The notes under the pieces are model-generated. The model ran no database searches, was not told where the DNA came from, and saw only the letters and a list, made by a program, of their open reading frames with translations. A DNA stretch of 64,000 bases from Antedon mediterranea. Taxonomy: Eukaryota; Animalia; Echinodermata. Shown here piece by piece: positions 11,440 to 26,919 of the stretch. Both the position numbers and the translations under genes were made by a program. The stretch's first letter is position 1, and the number at the start of each line of letters is the position of its first letter. The stretch lies in contig NC_092671.1 of the NCBI RefSeq assembly GCF_964355755.1, positions 16,740,001 to 16,804,000 of the forward strand, in the 5' to 3' direction.

Positions 11440-13176
11440 TCCCTACGGGACACTTTTCTGTGAAACAAACAAGAGAAACACACTACCGGCCAACTCCTAT
11501 TCATGGGTCCCTAAAGGTGTCCTTTGGGGATTCTACTGGATGCTTAAATTGCAGAAAAGCGATGTTGTAATCAAACACATTTGCTGCCACAACAACAAGA
11601 TTTAAACAATGTTGAAGCTTCTACTGAAACTATAAAGGAATTTTTTAAGGTAATAAAAGGAATTACAGTAAAACGATTGAACTGGTGTTAAACTCCAATT
11701 TCCAAGAAACCATCATAAATGCTGCTCTGCAATTCATTATCAAATCGTGTTTTATAAATTTTCATTACACCCAAAGGTGTTTAACATAGTGCACTATATT
11801 TTAATGGTGAATACTAAAAAACTACAGGGTTTTTCAAATTTAAATGATACTACATGTAGAAGGTAGAAATAATGGTAAAGCAGGTTAACTCAAGTACAGT
11901 ACTGTATACAGTATAACCAATTATAGCATATCTTGATATGAAAGTGCATTTTGTTATTTAATGGCAAGATTTTTATATTGACAATGATTATCTGAAATCT
12001 TTGAGATAGATATTAATAAATCATTTTTTGTTTAATTGTTTATACCTACAGTACAATACTACTGATACTTCTTTAAACCCGTATGATAACAAAAAAACTC
12101 TAGAGAATATTTTGCGAAATGTCATATTTTTTTTTTAATCAACAACAACCTAATAACGTCTCTAATGCCTCACATTCCAATAAATATTACAAAAATGAAA
12201 CCAATTATTATTTACAATTTATACTTATAGCAATGTTGACATTATTATGAGTTGTGATTTGATTGTATATTTTACAGTACTGTAGACACGGGTTTTTTTT
12301 AAAGCTTTACTACAGTAATGCATGTCCTGTACTCTTTGTTGGTACAAATTAGTAAAATAAAGATTTGAGATGCTAATAAAGGTATAAAGTACTGGTTAAA
12401 AATTCCTTTGGCTTGTACAATACCTGCTAGCATTTGCAAGTCTAAAAACCTAGTAGCTTTAACTTGGCAATTGTAGAGGACTCACTTTTCCCAAAAAACA
12501 AGAAAGAAATTTAAAGAGCTTCCGAGAATATAAGATATAAAGGAACCTTTTCTCAGCCTGTATAATATGTAGTCTGTATTATACAATTATTATTAAGGTT
12601 CTGATAACAAAAAGAAAACTTTGTTTTCCTAATTGTTCTTCTACAATTTAACATTTACTTTAAAATGCTTTTCATTCAGGTTAATGTAAACTCTGCACCC
12701 ACTCATCAATCTCTAAGTACTATTAGTATTAGAATACCAAAACTAGTATATACATCATTGTCTAACCAATATTTGCTGTCTTGTTTGACGCAATTGAAAC
12801 GATACTTACAAGCCTTTTAACAAGCTAATAACTACGTTTGACATGACATTTAAAGCCAAGCCCAACAGCATAAAACAACCCTAATGTTCTTAAAACACTT
12901 TTAACATATACAGTGTTTTTTTTAATGATTAGCTATATATATATATATATTCTACAAGAAAATGGATGGGCATGGAGTCTAAAATAAACTACAGTACGGT
13001 ACTGTGAATTCCATTTTTATAAAACTTCTACTATTCTAAAAATAATGAATTTGAGCCAAATGTACCCAATGAAGATGACAAATGCCGGGAACAATTTATA
13101 TATATTCCGACATCTTATACAAAGTGAAACATGTGAGTAAATTACTGTATATTAGACACAAGTAAAAAAAACTTAC

Positions 13177-13273
13177 TGAAATTGTCCAAACTGCTGGCAT
13201 CTACAATTGAAGACTTCATAGAAATTATCGAAGTAAATAAAATACATGACACTATTTTCATTAGGCTACCCAT
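13177..13273 (-). CDS. Class I cytokine receptor, coding exon 1: start codon and signal peptide MGSLMKIVSCILFTSIISMKSSIVDASSLDNF
   Basis: ATG at 13273, K plus hydrophobic core plus VDA cleavage-like site; 97 nt ending in a phase-1 gtaagt donor that joins the Ig exon in frame. Confidence 0.8.
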
Positions 13274-13506
13274 GATTTGCTCTGATAAATGTCACAAGTT
13301 GATGTCCCTTGGTTCCCTCTATTACAGTGTTAAGCTCCAGCTTGTAATCTTCTAGCCTAAAGTCACTTGTAAAGACATCCACTGCTTCGACTTAAGACTC
13401 TACTTTAAACTGACTCTACTTCTACAGCATCTGTACCTTTTATAAACCCTCCTATATACGGCCAGACTTTCACCGCTTCAATGAATAATTAAAAAGCTAC
13501 CGTGAT
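13274..13506 (-). other. 5' UTR part of the signal-peptide exon; implies further non-coding exons upstream
   Basis: Good acceptor tttccattttatttcag immediately beyond 13506 on the minus strand. Confidence 0.55.
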
Positions 13507-15269
13507 CTGAAATAAAATGGAAATAAACAAGTCAGTCAAACATCTGATGTTGAAGAAAAGTCAATCAATTCTGTCTGATATTTAATGAAAATAAAGTTAA
13601 TCTTGGATTAAGTTCGGCCTGGCTGCTACATATCTTGCCCCTAGGGTCACAAAATTCTAAGTAAGATGGGAAGTAGCGGTGACCTAAGAGCAAGTGGTAA
13701 TACCACAGGTCAAAAGGGGGCGGTAACAGTAACAAGGTATGTTTCTCTTTAAATTAGCATTCTATTATACCATACGGGATTGGTCAAATTGAGACATTTA
13801 AAGAAAACTTTGACAGACAAGTTGAGCAAGAAAAGGTAGGATTACTTAGCAAGACCTGCTGTCATTTTTGATAAATTAGAATTAGAATGACTGGGTATAC
13901 TCTATTGTAAGCCCATCCCGCCCCCTTGATGATGTACTGTATAAAGTGAGGGGGAGTACACATACAGTACTGTAAGTATCAAAATTCAGTGGGTGAGACA
14001 TCCTCTCTTACAGCATTAATAAAGGATCTTTTAAAATCATAATAAATACATTTTTAAAATTATTCATTTTTTTAACCATTAATTTAAAAAGTTGTATTAA
14101 CAACGAGTAGTATATATATTATATGTATGTAATGTACAGTATCGTACATTGTAGTCTTGTCACCTGTCAGGGAAATTTCCAATTCATGATTGTTAAATAA
14201 CTACTGCTGTATTACAGTATGACAAAATCACAATCATCGATAATTTATTTAAGAAAATGTAATGTTTTATTATGCAAAAAAATTGTACAGTATATTAATT
14301 ATAGTATATCATTATTAAATAAGTGATAACATTTGTCACTGTACTTGTAAGTAAGTAATATTTATTGCTTTCCAATACTGTTTCATTGTTGCGCTTACAT
14401 TCTACAGTAGTTAAATATTGACAACAACACTTCTTTAGTGCATTTAATGTATGCATTACTGTAGAAGAGAAAGTGTTAGAAATGCAAGAGTATACGAGCA
14501 ATACAGCTACATACGTGTACACTGTAATTGTGTTCTTCAATTTAAATGTAAAATTGAAATGATACAATTGACCTTGGCAAGCAACTACTCTAGATGGAAC
14601 TCAATTTGTTAATTAACATTAGTAATTAATCTTAAGTAAAAAAAATCCAAATTAGTGCGGAAAAGCAGAAAAGCTGTCACACTTTTGAACTATGGGCAGA
14701 TTATTGAAAAGAGTCGTATTGATTTGTAAATTTCATTAATGAAATCATGAAATGAATCCGATTCATTATGATCGCATTGTATATGAATATTGAATGAATT
14801 GTGAAATTCCCAAAATACAGTTGAATATACTATAACTTACATTCAAACACCTGCTATTGATAAAATCTAATGATATTGTAAAAAGCTTGTAATTCAGGTA
14901 TCTTAATTTGGTTGAATCACTTGTATTCCAGTAGTTTTCCTATTCAATGTGGGTATTTTTCTTAATTTCTTATTTCCTGATGTAAGTAGACATGTTTGAA
15001 CCCCTTACTATAAATAAATATGCATACGTGTAATAAACGCTATATGTCAAGACCTAGTTCGTATGTCAAGACCTAGTTCGTTGACGGCGTCATGTAAACC
15101 CTAACCTACCAAACTACTTTGCTAATAAATCTGTCACTAACGTTCCAATAATTGATGTGAAAAAAAATATATAAAATACTATAACAACAGAAGAGAGTAC
15201 AGTGTAAACATGCACATTTAAGATATGCTAGTTTATTATAGAAATACAAATATATAGTTATTATTACTG

Positions 15270-16132
15270 TAGCAATCAGCAAAACGCTAAATCAAATCGA
15301 ATCCATACAAAACAAGGCCAACAGCCATTAAGTCGCGTGCTACAATGCATAGTGATACAGGACCGACAGACAGACCGACAGACAGACAGACAGACAGAGA
15401 GACCGACCGACCGACATAGTGAACTATACTGACCGAAATTACTGAACATGTTTAAAAATGTTGAAATGTTTAAAAACATTTTTTTTTTTTTTATTTACAC
15501 GTGCGTAGCCTGTCACTTTCGACGTGCTCGTATAACGTAATTTCGAGTTTAAAAGTAAGTCAAGAAAACAGAAATCGGGCAAAAAGAGTGCGCAATAACA
15601 TTTAACGTGCAGTGCGCGCGCAAAAATATGCCCACTCATGGCAATTTTGTAAACGCTTAAAATTGCCTGAAATGTACTCTTATTTCATCGAAAATAAATT
15701 TTGAAAATGTTAAGCGCGCGTACGCATGCGTTACATGCGCTACGCACGTAATTGTATTGCCATATGATGATTTATGCCCTGAAATTTATGAGTACCAAAT
15801 TTTATTTAATTGTGATTCATGGTTGTGAAGATATGATTACAAACGTGATTTCGTTAAATCGTGCGTAGACCGCGTAATTTTTTATTGCGCACCGTGAAAA
15901 CATAACCACATTGATTCCTGGCCATAAGGAATATACTGTGAAAAATTGACCTAACTAGATTAAACTGATATCAAGATAAGGTCAGAAAGCGATAAAACGC
16001 ATAGTGATACCGGACCGACAGACAGACAGACAGACAGACAGACCGTCAGACAGACCGACAGACAGACCGACAGACAGACAGACCGACCGACCGACATAGT
16101 GAACTATAGAGTCGCTTCCACGCGACTAAAAA
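15270..16132 (-). mobile_element. Helentron-associated/DINE-1-like non-autonomous element with two (GTCT/GTCG)n microsatellite cores
   Basis: Minus strand begins TTTTTAGTCGCGTGGAAGCGACT (hairpin 16110-16127) followed by a GTCK tetranucleotide tract; second core at 15345-15430; inverted AGTCGCGTG at about 15331. Left boundary uncertain. Confidence 0.65.
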
Positions 16133-19100
16133 TTACTAGAAAGAAGTGACAGACTTTCTGAAAACACTATTTAGTTAGGGCTTGTAATTTAAAATTATGA
16201 AGTGCTAGTGTTGTCCGAGAGCTCTGCTAATGTTTCTGGTTGTTTTGATTTAACTTTGTGCTAATTTTTTTATTTTGTATCTCCATTAAGATCCAGTCAC
16301 TGATACCCACAACATTGTCATTATTTTCAGTAATTTGCTTTTGGATTTTAATAATATAAAATTACTGTATATGTAAAGATTTAATGTCTCAAGTGGTTAA
16401 AAGTAAAAATATGTGTTGATTATACATAAGGAAGATCGGTATCATTTCAATACAAAAAGAAAATAATATTTCATCAAACATACACTTTGCCTGTACAATA
16501 GCAGTAATACTGGTTCAAAATGTATTAATTTGACTGACTTGCTACTGGAACTTTAATAATTACGCATTACCAGCATTCCACACTATCAATCATTCTATAC
16601 AACATCAGCATAATCTGTCCATACACTATAATATCGCAGTAGTCACAAATGATATTTAATTCAATTTATATATTTTACATATTCATTGGTTGGCCTATAT
16701 CTATTAACAATACTAGTATTTATAACATAACAATCTTAAAAGTTCAATTTAACAGTTTTGTGTATAGGCAAAATTATATATATTATATATTACAATATTA
16801 TTTTTCATCATAATTAGCAAATTTATAACATCAAATATAAAATCAAATATGTTAATCAATAGATATAATCTGAATTAACTTTTTTTTTAAAACACCATCA
16901 AATTTCTGGAATAAAATGTCTAAATTTTCTACCCTTATCACTGAGTAAAATGATTATGCCACTGTAATAAAACAAATTATGTAGTAAAAGTATTTACTAA
17001 AACATATATTAAAGTATAATTTTTTCTCTATTACAATTATACCATGGAGAAATAAGATTGTACATACAGTACCGGTAGTCAAATCAAATAGAACAAATTG
17101 TGTTTGGATTCAAAAACATATTTACTACAGTATTTTTGGGAATCCTTTAAGAACCACAATGCAAACTGTCATCTACTTTTAGGTTAAACACACAAAAGAA
17201 CACAATTGTCTTTAATTGATTTGAAGCATTGCTTTTCATTATTCAACACATCATTGTATTCAACAAGCAAGCGGTCTATTGAAAGAGGAGGTCATGAAGA
17301 AACTATGCAGGCCTTACCTTACAGCTTGTGGTGACTAATATAGCTAGAACACTCACAAAAGATGGCTGATAACCACTCTAAAACCATCATTTCTATTTTT
17401 AAAACACACATATAAAGAAAACAAGAATCTTTACATACTTTACCTGTATTAAATCCAATATGTATTGTTCTTTCAAACATGATAACAATCTACAATATAC
17501 ATTTTTTCACTAGTGTAAAATGCTTCTACTAACAACTATACACACAGAACTGTTCAACTCTCTCAAATCAGTGGGTGGTAATGTTCTAAGAAATACTAAT
17601 AGATTTGACCAATCAGAGAAGAGCTTTCAGAACAGTAGGTGAAGTATACTGATGACTGTTGCCTATAGGCAGATACCATTGACTGAAGGTTGAAAACGAA
17701 TAATTAGGTTAAAGATTTGTGAAGCCTGTAGGAGGATATTTACACCTATGTCCCTTTATTTTGTTTACATTATAATAAAGGTATAATTAGGACCCATAAA
17801 GCAAATAACGATTATTGTAAATGTTCAAAATTGGATAAAACTATACTATTTAGTGAATTTTATGTTAATTTTGTATATTATATATGGAAAATACAAAATC
17901 ATGTGAAAATAAATACTGCTAAATATGGAAAATGGCAATTCATTTTTCATTCATTTATTTATTCATTTAGCATCCATTCAACAATACATTTAAAATACAG
18001 AAAGAAAAAATACAAAAAAAATATTAAAATTAAATAAAACCAAAGTGAATGGATGCAAGGACGACCCATAAAATCGACAAGTCAATTTCTTTCCAATTCA
18101 TTACTTTATTATTTCAAATCAATAGCAGATATAACAATAGTGTCAATGGAAACTGTTGGATAGTAGCAATGTGTTGTGTATTTAGTTGAAGTTTTATTGG
18201 AAATGTACATCTTTTTTACAGCTAGCTAACAAACAAATATTAAGTTTTCTGTATCATTATCCATGAAGTCAATTTGCATGATACCGAAACAATTTTTAGA
18301 TTTTTACGAGGTACCTAAGGTGTGCAGCAGTGCTACACACAGGTGTAGGTGATTTTAACATTCCGTTGCTATCACCCTTTCACCTTTGCATATTACAATA
18401 TAAAAATGCAGTTTAGCTAAGGTCCCAAGTGCAAACCAGTAGGAGGACTACTGTTTGCCTACTATATGTTACGCTATCTCATCCCAGTTTTTATAATTGC
18501 AAAAAAGTTACAAAAACTCAAAGAACCCAAACATTTATTTCATCAAATAACATACAAATAATACGCAGCATAAAATGAGCACCAACCTAGAAGTAAATTT
18601 GTCTAATAGTTGGCCCTTTAAATAGTAAGTATAATTAAGATATGAAGGATCAGTAATAATATATGATAAAATAAAATATTAATATTTAAGTAAAAGATAT
18701 TTCTTTAAAACATACTTGATGTTACACATAATCACTAGTAGTGTTTGCACTATATTAGTGTCACTTACCTGGATAAACTGAAAATAGCCCTTGCTCTCAC
18801 AAGTGAGAGTTATGACACAAGATTTTATTAATGGAGCTGGATGGAAAGACATAAAATAAACAGGTTTTTTTTAAAAACAATCTAAGGCGATCCAACTATT
18901 TTTTGATGAATTCTTTATTTTTTCATCCTACATACCAATACAAAAATCATTAATTTAATTAATTATTCATACAGACAATTTTTGAATTTTTTAATAAGTT
19001 TATATTTCCAATTCATAATTTAGATATTACAAAAAAGCATTGGCTTTTTATTTGAAATTTACTGTATGGGCCTACTGAAATAAAAATCAGAAATTGAATA

Positions 19101-22100
19101 CTTTGACATTTAATCTCAAAAAAGAAAATCACTTATTTCGAAAATGAAAAACATTTTGCAGAGCAGCTGGACAGGTGAAAATGAAACCTTGGTTGCTAAG
19201 CAATGACTTGTGCTGATGATCTGAACCAAGTTGATCATGTGTCAGCCGCTCATTGCCGCAAGCTCATACATCAGGTCAAGAAAAAACAATTCTTTTGAAG
19301 TTGTTGCTCAGCAAGTACACAACATTCTACAAACGCAAGCTAAATTCGCTACAAATTACAAACCTCAAAAAGAACTTTTTGCGACATTGTGTCTTTTTGT
19401 CAGGTTGCTGCCACCAAGCATTCTTTACCGCAATGTTTTATTATAAAATCAATTCAATGAAATTGGTATGAAAATTAATAAGAAAGGAAAATATGTTTTA
19501 TCAATGTCGGTTATAGTAAAAACGTAATATATTTTAGTTACAATAAAACTAATTTATTTTTATTCTCTCATTGTATCAAAATATAATTTTAGGATAGTAT
19601 TCTCTTATGGTAGCAAGATCTTTTTAGCAGATGAGAATAGGAAGAACTTTGGAGCAGATCCTGGGGATGGGGGGGGGGGGGGTGGTGGGGTGGAGAGAGG
19701 ACATGCCTCCCCTACATTTGGGGAGAGATTAGCTTGAATTAGTTTGAATGGCTGGTATAACAAAATCATGTTTGTGTTTTCATCATTTAATAGAGTACCA
19801 ATCATAACACAGAGCCTTGGGTTTTAGCTACATCCGATTTCAGTATATTCATATCAAAATGTTTTCCTGTATATTTATTAACGGCAGATGATCAACCAGG
19901 TTTAAATCAATTCCATACCTCACTACAGATTTGGTTCATTTACTTCTATAAATTCTCATTGATTCAATTTTATTTTTGCCTTTATTTATAATATAAAGAT
20001 TTTATAAAATTTAAAATTTAGGACATGTTCACACTTGATTTAGAATTGTAGGTAACATACATTACATATATATATATAAAATACTAACAGATATTACATT
20101 TACATGAATAAATCAATCTAATGACAATAAAATGCATATTTTTACAAACAAATGTTTTAACCAAATTCTAACTCACTAATGGAATGCAATAAAAAAGAAT
20201 CATTAAACTTTTATGTAACTCTATTTCTGTGACATTAAGCGACATTAAAGTCAATTAAACAATAACTGTTATGACATACTATACTATGTCACTGACGTGC
20301 AATATAGCACTACTCAAGTTTCTGAGACAGGAACATGCTATTGATGAAGACCAAGAGATAACTCTGTGTGAACTGAAGTCTTGCTGTGATTAGTGGAATA
20401 TCATATAAAATCCATCTTCCACGAACTTATTTAATAGTCTGTCATCGACAATTCGCAGAAAAGAACATGTGGTCCTCTTCATGGAATATTACTAAAATTA
20501 AAAACTTCTGGCCGGTCAAATTATATTTCATATTTTGGAATTGAAATTTGACGCACGACTATAGTGAAAGACAAGTTCAAATTTAATCAAACAGTTATAA
20601 TTACCGTCTGAAATTTAATATTCTTGCTATAAATAGTCACATAAAATAAATTTTGTCTACAATATGGAACAACGGGGGAAAAAAGTAAAAGAAAAATTGA
20701 GCAGGAAAGCACCGATATCACAAAAAAAGCTCTGTGAAAATTTGTTTTTATCTTAAAAGTTTAGTTATAAACTAAGAAGTTCAATTTAAAATTTAATTCA
20801 TACAATAATCAATAAAGTGCATTTAAGTGATTTCTTGGAGCTCACCACTTTGAAGATTGGTAATGAGCTTAACCCTGACCACTAAAATACCTTTATTAAA
20901 CCATGACTGTATGATTTCACACCTTTCAGTGTCATTTGCTTGTCCTTTACATATTTTCATTCAACAAAAATGTAACTATAAAATAAGAATTTTATTACAT
21001 AATTACATTTCCTTTGATATGGATTGATCATTTAAATCAAGTAAAATATTTTGTATTGCACATTTGCTTTTACTCCTAGAAACAGAAAAATATATAATAT
21101 TTTAATGTGTTTCAGTTGATTGCTTAATTACATCACATAACATGCTTTATTTTGTTCCATCATTACAAATAGGTGGCACATTGCACATTCAGATCTTTGG
21201 GTGAAAAATTTGGTGCAATGTGTGGTTGGTGACAATTGCACAGCAATATTCTCTAGCCAAATTGCGAGCGTCATAATGTAAAAAAATGGAAAATAATGGT
21301 TGTACAGTAAAAAGGTACTTTAACTAACAATATAAACCAAATCCTATTATTTCACAATTAAATTTGATGATTAATGAGAAGACGTCATCACTAATATTAT
21401 TCAATTTGATTTTTATTGGATTTATGTACCGGTAACTAAATATTAAACTTTTATCATCAATTTTATTTTTAATTACTATTGACATGTAATAGTACTCTTA
21501 AGTGAATGATTCAGACTTTTAATCTGTAAGTGATTGGTTCAATTTATACAATAGTCATTAGCAAAGTCCTTGAAACAAGTCATGTACAGTAGTTAATGTT
21601 TTAAGTCATGTTCACTAACTGCTAACATAGACTCACTTGGGATCATGTTAATGCTAATGTGCTTTTAACAAAACTAGCAGCTTTACAGAAACTCTCGTAG
21701 GAAATGCAATTGTTGTACAGTAGCGCTATCTACTGGGTGAAGCTTTACACTTTAATGCACAATTTAAAGGATTTGTGCCCTAATGATTTTCAAACTACGC
21801 AAATGGATTTACATGAAAGTTTTACACATGTGTAGAATATAACCTGTTTTCCAGTTTCTGTGCCAAGTTTAAATACATTTCATTTTTACTGTAAATTTGG
21901 AATTTTTTAATTTTATTTTTTTTTAAATTTTACACCTTCTTTGGAATCCTCATCTGGTAGGTACATTTCTAGTAAAAATGTTGTAATTTTATACATTAAA
22001 TACACAGTACGGTAGTTCCCCTTACAACAAACTCTCAGATTACCAGGGTGTTGTAATAAAATGTATAGTGTGAAAGTTTATAATTTCTAAAGGAAATTGA

Positions 22101-24506
22101 ATTCCAATACCGAACTATTGTTTCCTGTTTAGGTGTAGGCATAACTTGTTTTACATAATAAATAAGTTTAGCCACAAAATGTAATGGTTTTTGGTTGATG
22201 CGGAGACTACGGAAAAGCCACCACAAGATAACATTAACAATAACCACCAGAGACAGACATCCCCCACTGATCATTACACTAGAGTAGATATTGATTAGAA
22301 CACAGCTTGGACATTACTATATTATATACAATAGTGACATTTCATGTTCACTCGACAGAAACATGTGGCCAAGGCTGCTACTCTTATATAACATCTAAAA
22401 ATAAGCAAAACTCTAAATCTTGTAGGAATATTTCTCAAAAGAAATGTGTGAACAAGTCGGTCAAACTGTTTAATTTGGAGATGCCTTGGAATGTTCAAGC
22501 AACTGAATTTTTAACCTCAATTTGGTCGAACCACATGGATAATCACAATTAGTTATTTCTTGATGTACACACAGGTGTACAGTACCTTCATCATAATGGG
22601 TGATACATTTTCTATGTTGATTTTCCTGGCATCAAATTATCTGAAGTGTCAACTAACAAGCTAGATGGCTGTCCTCTAGCATTTTGAATGATTATTATGT
22701 CCAGTAATTATTATAAAAGCTGAGTGCACAAATACAGTACATGAGCACTTTGGTGATGCCTCAAAATTATCATTATTTTATACTATAGTACACTGTACAA
22801 ATGACTTTTGCAAAGAAGGAAAATATATCAGTTGTCTTAACACCCAGGGGAAAGGTTTCCCAACTGACCATGCTCAGGAAAATTACTTGAGTGGAAAATT
22901 AGATTGGTCAGCTGTGGAAATTACCATAGAAACAAATCCGGTAACGACATTTCCTTTAGAAATCTTGAAAGAATTCAGCTACTTCCTACAGCAATTATGA
23001 ATATTTGTTTGTAAGAAAAAATGTTGCCATCATTTTTGTAAAATTTTGCAAATTAAAAGAAGCAAGGATATCTTAAGTATTAGTGTATTTAATATATCGT
23101 AGTGTATAATATGAAAGCTTAAGATGTTGAATTTTTGTTTGATTCAGTTGTCAAACAATTCAATTATGGTTTTCTGAATACTTTTATGATAACTAACTGA
23201 ATAGACGATGATGTAAAATGAACTAATTTTATACAGTATCTTATACCAATCATAAATTAAATTTATACCTCCATATACCAATAATAACAGTACAGTATAT
23301 TACAATCGGGTTTAAAGAAAAAATATCTAGTTTTTTATACATGTATATGTAGAGTAAAGTACATTATATTATGTATTTACAATAAACCTACCCTCATTCG
23401 TAATATCATTATAGTCTAGAAATTTTACTGTAAAGCACTATAAATAATAACAACAATACTGTTTGTACAGTATAATCCAGGCTTTTGTATGAAATAATCC
23501 TAAATTATCACTGAAAACCACAAAACTACAACACAAAAGTATTCAATTTGTAACTATTTAAAGTATAACAAACAAAATATATGATCAATGGTACCGCATG
23601 AGTTCAATAAATGTTTGATCACAATAAATAAACTTCATTTAAATATTTTGTCACAGAAAACAAGTTTGCACAACTAAATCATGTGGTGGTCTAATTATTT
23701 CAATTAAAAGTGTTATTAAACATTAAAAAAGATTAATTATACATTAACGAGGATTAATTAAATGGCTTTAAGGACATTTATCAATCCCTCAATTTATTAT
23801 AAACTATATTACAAACGTCTAAAAAAAGGTAGTGTTCCATTTCCAGTTTAATTTCAATACATAGAATATCTTCTCTATGTAGTACTAACTGGAATTCTAA
23901 TACTGGAAATTTCTAAAAGGAAACAAATGCAAAAATTTGAATGTTAAACAGTCATTATCATATTCTTTCTAAATTCCAACATGTGCCACACTATTAACCA
24001 GATCTGACAAGCAAAATCCCTCGTTTACCATTTTCAAACACTTCAACACCCAAAGCGAATTGAACAATTTACACTTTGACTAATTACAAATTACCTGCCG
24101 ACACTGCCACGGAAACCTTAATTTTGTTTAAATAATCCGTTTTAGTGAAATATATAAGACTGGATCATAGCCCAATAATTGCTACTAATAATGCCTGCAG
24201 TAGTACCTTAGTGAATTTATATTCGGCAAACTTTAGATTCTTACAGTGTAAGCCATCATCACTATTTTCTATTCATGTCAATCAATACAAAAGAGAGCAT
24301 TATTTGGTTTCTTCTGGGAGTATACAATTTAGATCAAATTAAACTTTATTATGCTAATGACCGATTTCTAGGTTATTCTAAACCATACTTTTCTCTTTAG
24401 TCTGCATTTTTAATAAGCATTTAGACCAATGGTATGTTAAATTTCGTTCAACCCTTTGCGTATCAATGGATTTAAAGCATAGAAAATGAGTTTTCAACTC
24501 TTCTTA

Positions 24507-24685
24507 AGCTTGGTTCCCACTAGAACGTAACGCAAAGACGTAAACGCAACGCAAGCGTTTTAACCAATGACAAGCGAAGTTATAGACGGTTAGCAATCAC
24601 AAGAGAATAAGCCATCGCTTGTGATTGGTCAATTCACTTGCGTTGCGTTACGTCCTTGTGTTGCGTTGCTAGTGGGAACCACGCT
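24507..24685. mobile_element. Palindromic Harbinger-like MITE (179 bp)
   Basis: TIRs AGCTTGGTTCCCACTAG / CTAGTGGGAACCACGCT, TSD TTA on both sides, internal AACGC/GCGTT repeats in inverted orientation. Confidence 0.88.
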
Positions 24686-26919
24686 TTATAGTTGTAAAGT
24701 ACATGTGTTTTCTCGGCAGGTCTATAACCCACCCATCGAACCCGACTACAGTACTAATGCTAGTAATAATTTAATCAGAATAATGTAGTATGTTTTCTGA
24801 ATAATTGTCCCATGTAATTTAACTCTAATTATTAATAAATCCAAAATAAAACATTCGGACAGAAATAAATCAATTAAGATTATTAGACTACGACGGTGTA
24901 CGTTTTCAATTTAATATGATCTACAATCTTTCTAATAGGATATTAGCTTTATACTGCATTAAAAAAAATCAATTTAGAAGATTTTTAACATGAAGAAAAA
25001 CAAGGTTGTAAGATGGGATGAATCTGAATGAGGTCACAATCTAGTGGATTTGACGACGACGACGACGGACATTCTAGTCCAATATTCAAGAAGATTAACC
25101 TCTATTTGTGCTGCATGGATTTGTAGGGCTTAATTTACGGCAAGGTTCTGATAATACTAATAGCCTAAAGCATTCATTGGTAAATATAGCAGTTTATGAA
25201 AACAACAATGTAATATCGGTGAATACACACATGCTGTATTATGTCTGTCATTAAACAAAGTGTTGAATTGAAATAGGAGCGACATAAACTTGGAATTTAT
25301 GTGTTAAATATTGTGTATTATGAATTACATTCCTTTTTTTGTCTCTCATGCTTATTGTCTTGGGTAGCATTTGGTTCTTTCTATTTATGTATAATTTTGA
25401 CAATAAAGGAATAATAACTTTATTCACTGCTTTTAAAAAATAGCTGCATTATGCCTGCATTTATTTTTTGTGAAATTAGAATTTCATTTAATACTGTATA
25501 TATTTTGATTTATCATTTTCAGAATATAAGAAAAAAAAATGAAATTATTGCATTAAAAACAGCACAAAATCTAGTATAAAATGAACCATTAGTGTCAAAC
25601 ATATCCCTTTCAATTAATGTCAGCCCTCTCTGACACCCCCACACATATAAAAATGTACTCCAGGGGCAATAACCGTACGGTCAATTTATTTTAAAATAGC
25701 TTAATTACTTACAATTCTATGTAATTTGTCTGTCCTTCAATTCTGCCCTAAACCATAATCTGTCTTAAACTTTATTTTTGATGACTGCAATAGTATGTAT
25801 GTTTTAAAAGTCTAAATCCTGATTTTCGTCTAATTGCTAAAACCTTTTTCTTGGCAAAATTTCATGAGCGACAGTAAGGTTGTCTACATAGGCTATAGAC
25901 TACAGCATTACAGAACTGAAAATAGATATATGTCCCGACAAAACAAATTAACTTTTAGGTCAATGTAAATTTATTTGCCAAATCAACTAAACTTTTTACT
26001 TTAGGCTGGAAATTTAATTTACTGTATATATTTATGTGTAAATTTTATTTTAAATATTTATTTACTTTACGTCAACTTTAACTTAGAAACTCCAAAAACT
26101 TTCTTTAGTTTAAAGATTTACCTACTTTATTGTTTGTTACAAATTATGTAATCATCTAATCAAAAAATCTGATTAGTTAAAATTTCTAATTATATTTACA
26201 ATTTTTTTATCTTATTAAATCCAATTTAAATAAAATTTAAATAACAAGTTTTTTAAATTTTTCTTAATTTATATTCACTGTATAAGATTTTAATGATTTT
26301 TTGAAGAAATGATACCTACTTATTGATGTAATTTTTATCAGGGCAGATGGAATGGAAAACAGATCGTGTGCATGCATACTTAGTTGGATCGTTAGCATGA
26401 ATGACTCACAATCAGACCAGTTAGCCTACTATACGCTTGGGATCTATGACATACAGTATAGGCCTAAGTACAATATGCTAATATTTCTTACAACTTTAAC
26501 TTAAAAACGTGCACAGAAATAAACATGTTCAGCTAGCCTGACAAACACACTGAAATTAACGTTAACATGGTACAACAAAAGCGTAATACTTACTGTAATC
26601 TAGCTGGCTCCACAAGTATAAGCAAGTCTATCTCTCCGGCTCATACAAAATGAATGAATCCCAGAGTTTCGTAATAATTTTAAAAGCTTTACTTAGACTC
26701 TAAGCAGAAGTGAAATCAAAACGTGGCGGCGTGTACAAGTCAACAACAACTTACATGTCAAGTGCTGAAGCTTCATCATGTTTGGCCATAAAAATTGATA
26801 CTCGGATAAAATACTTGAATTGAAGCAACAGATAAATTTAATATATTAAAAGTGCTACTTGTACAGTAGAAATATCATTTACATGAAACGTCTATAGCTG
26901 AAGTAAGATTAAGTGTTTT

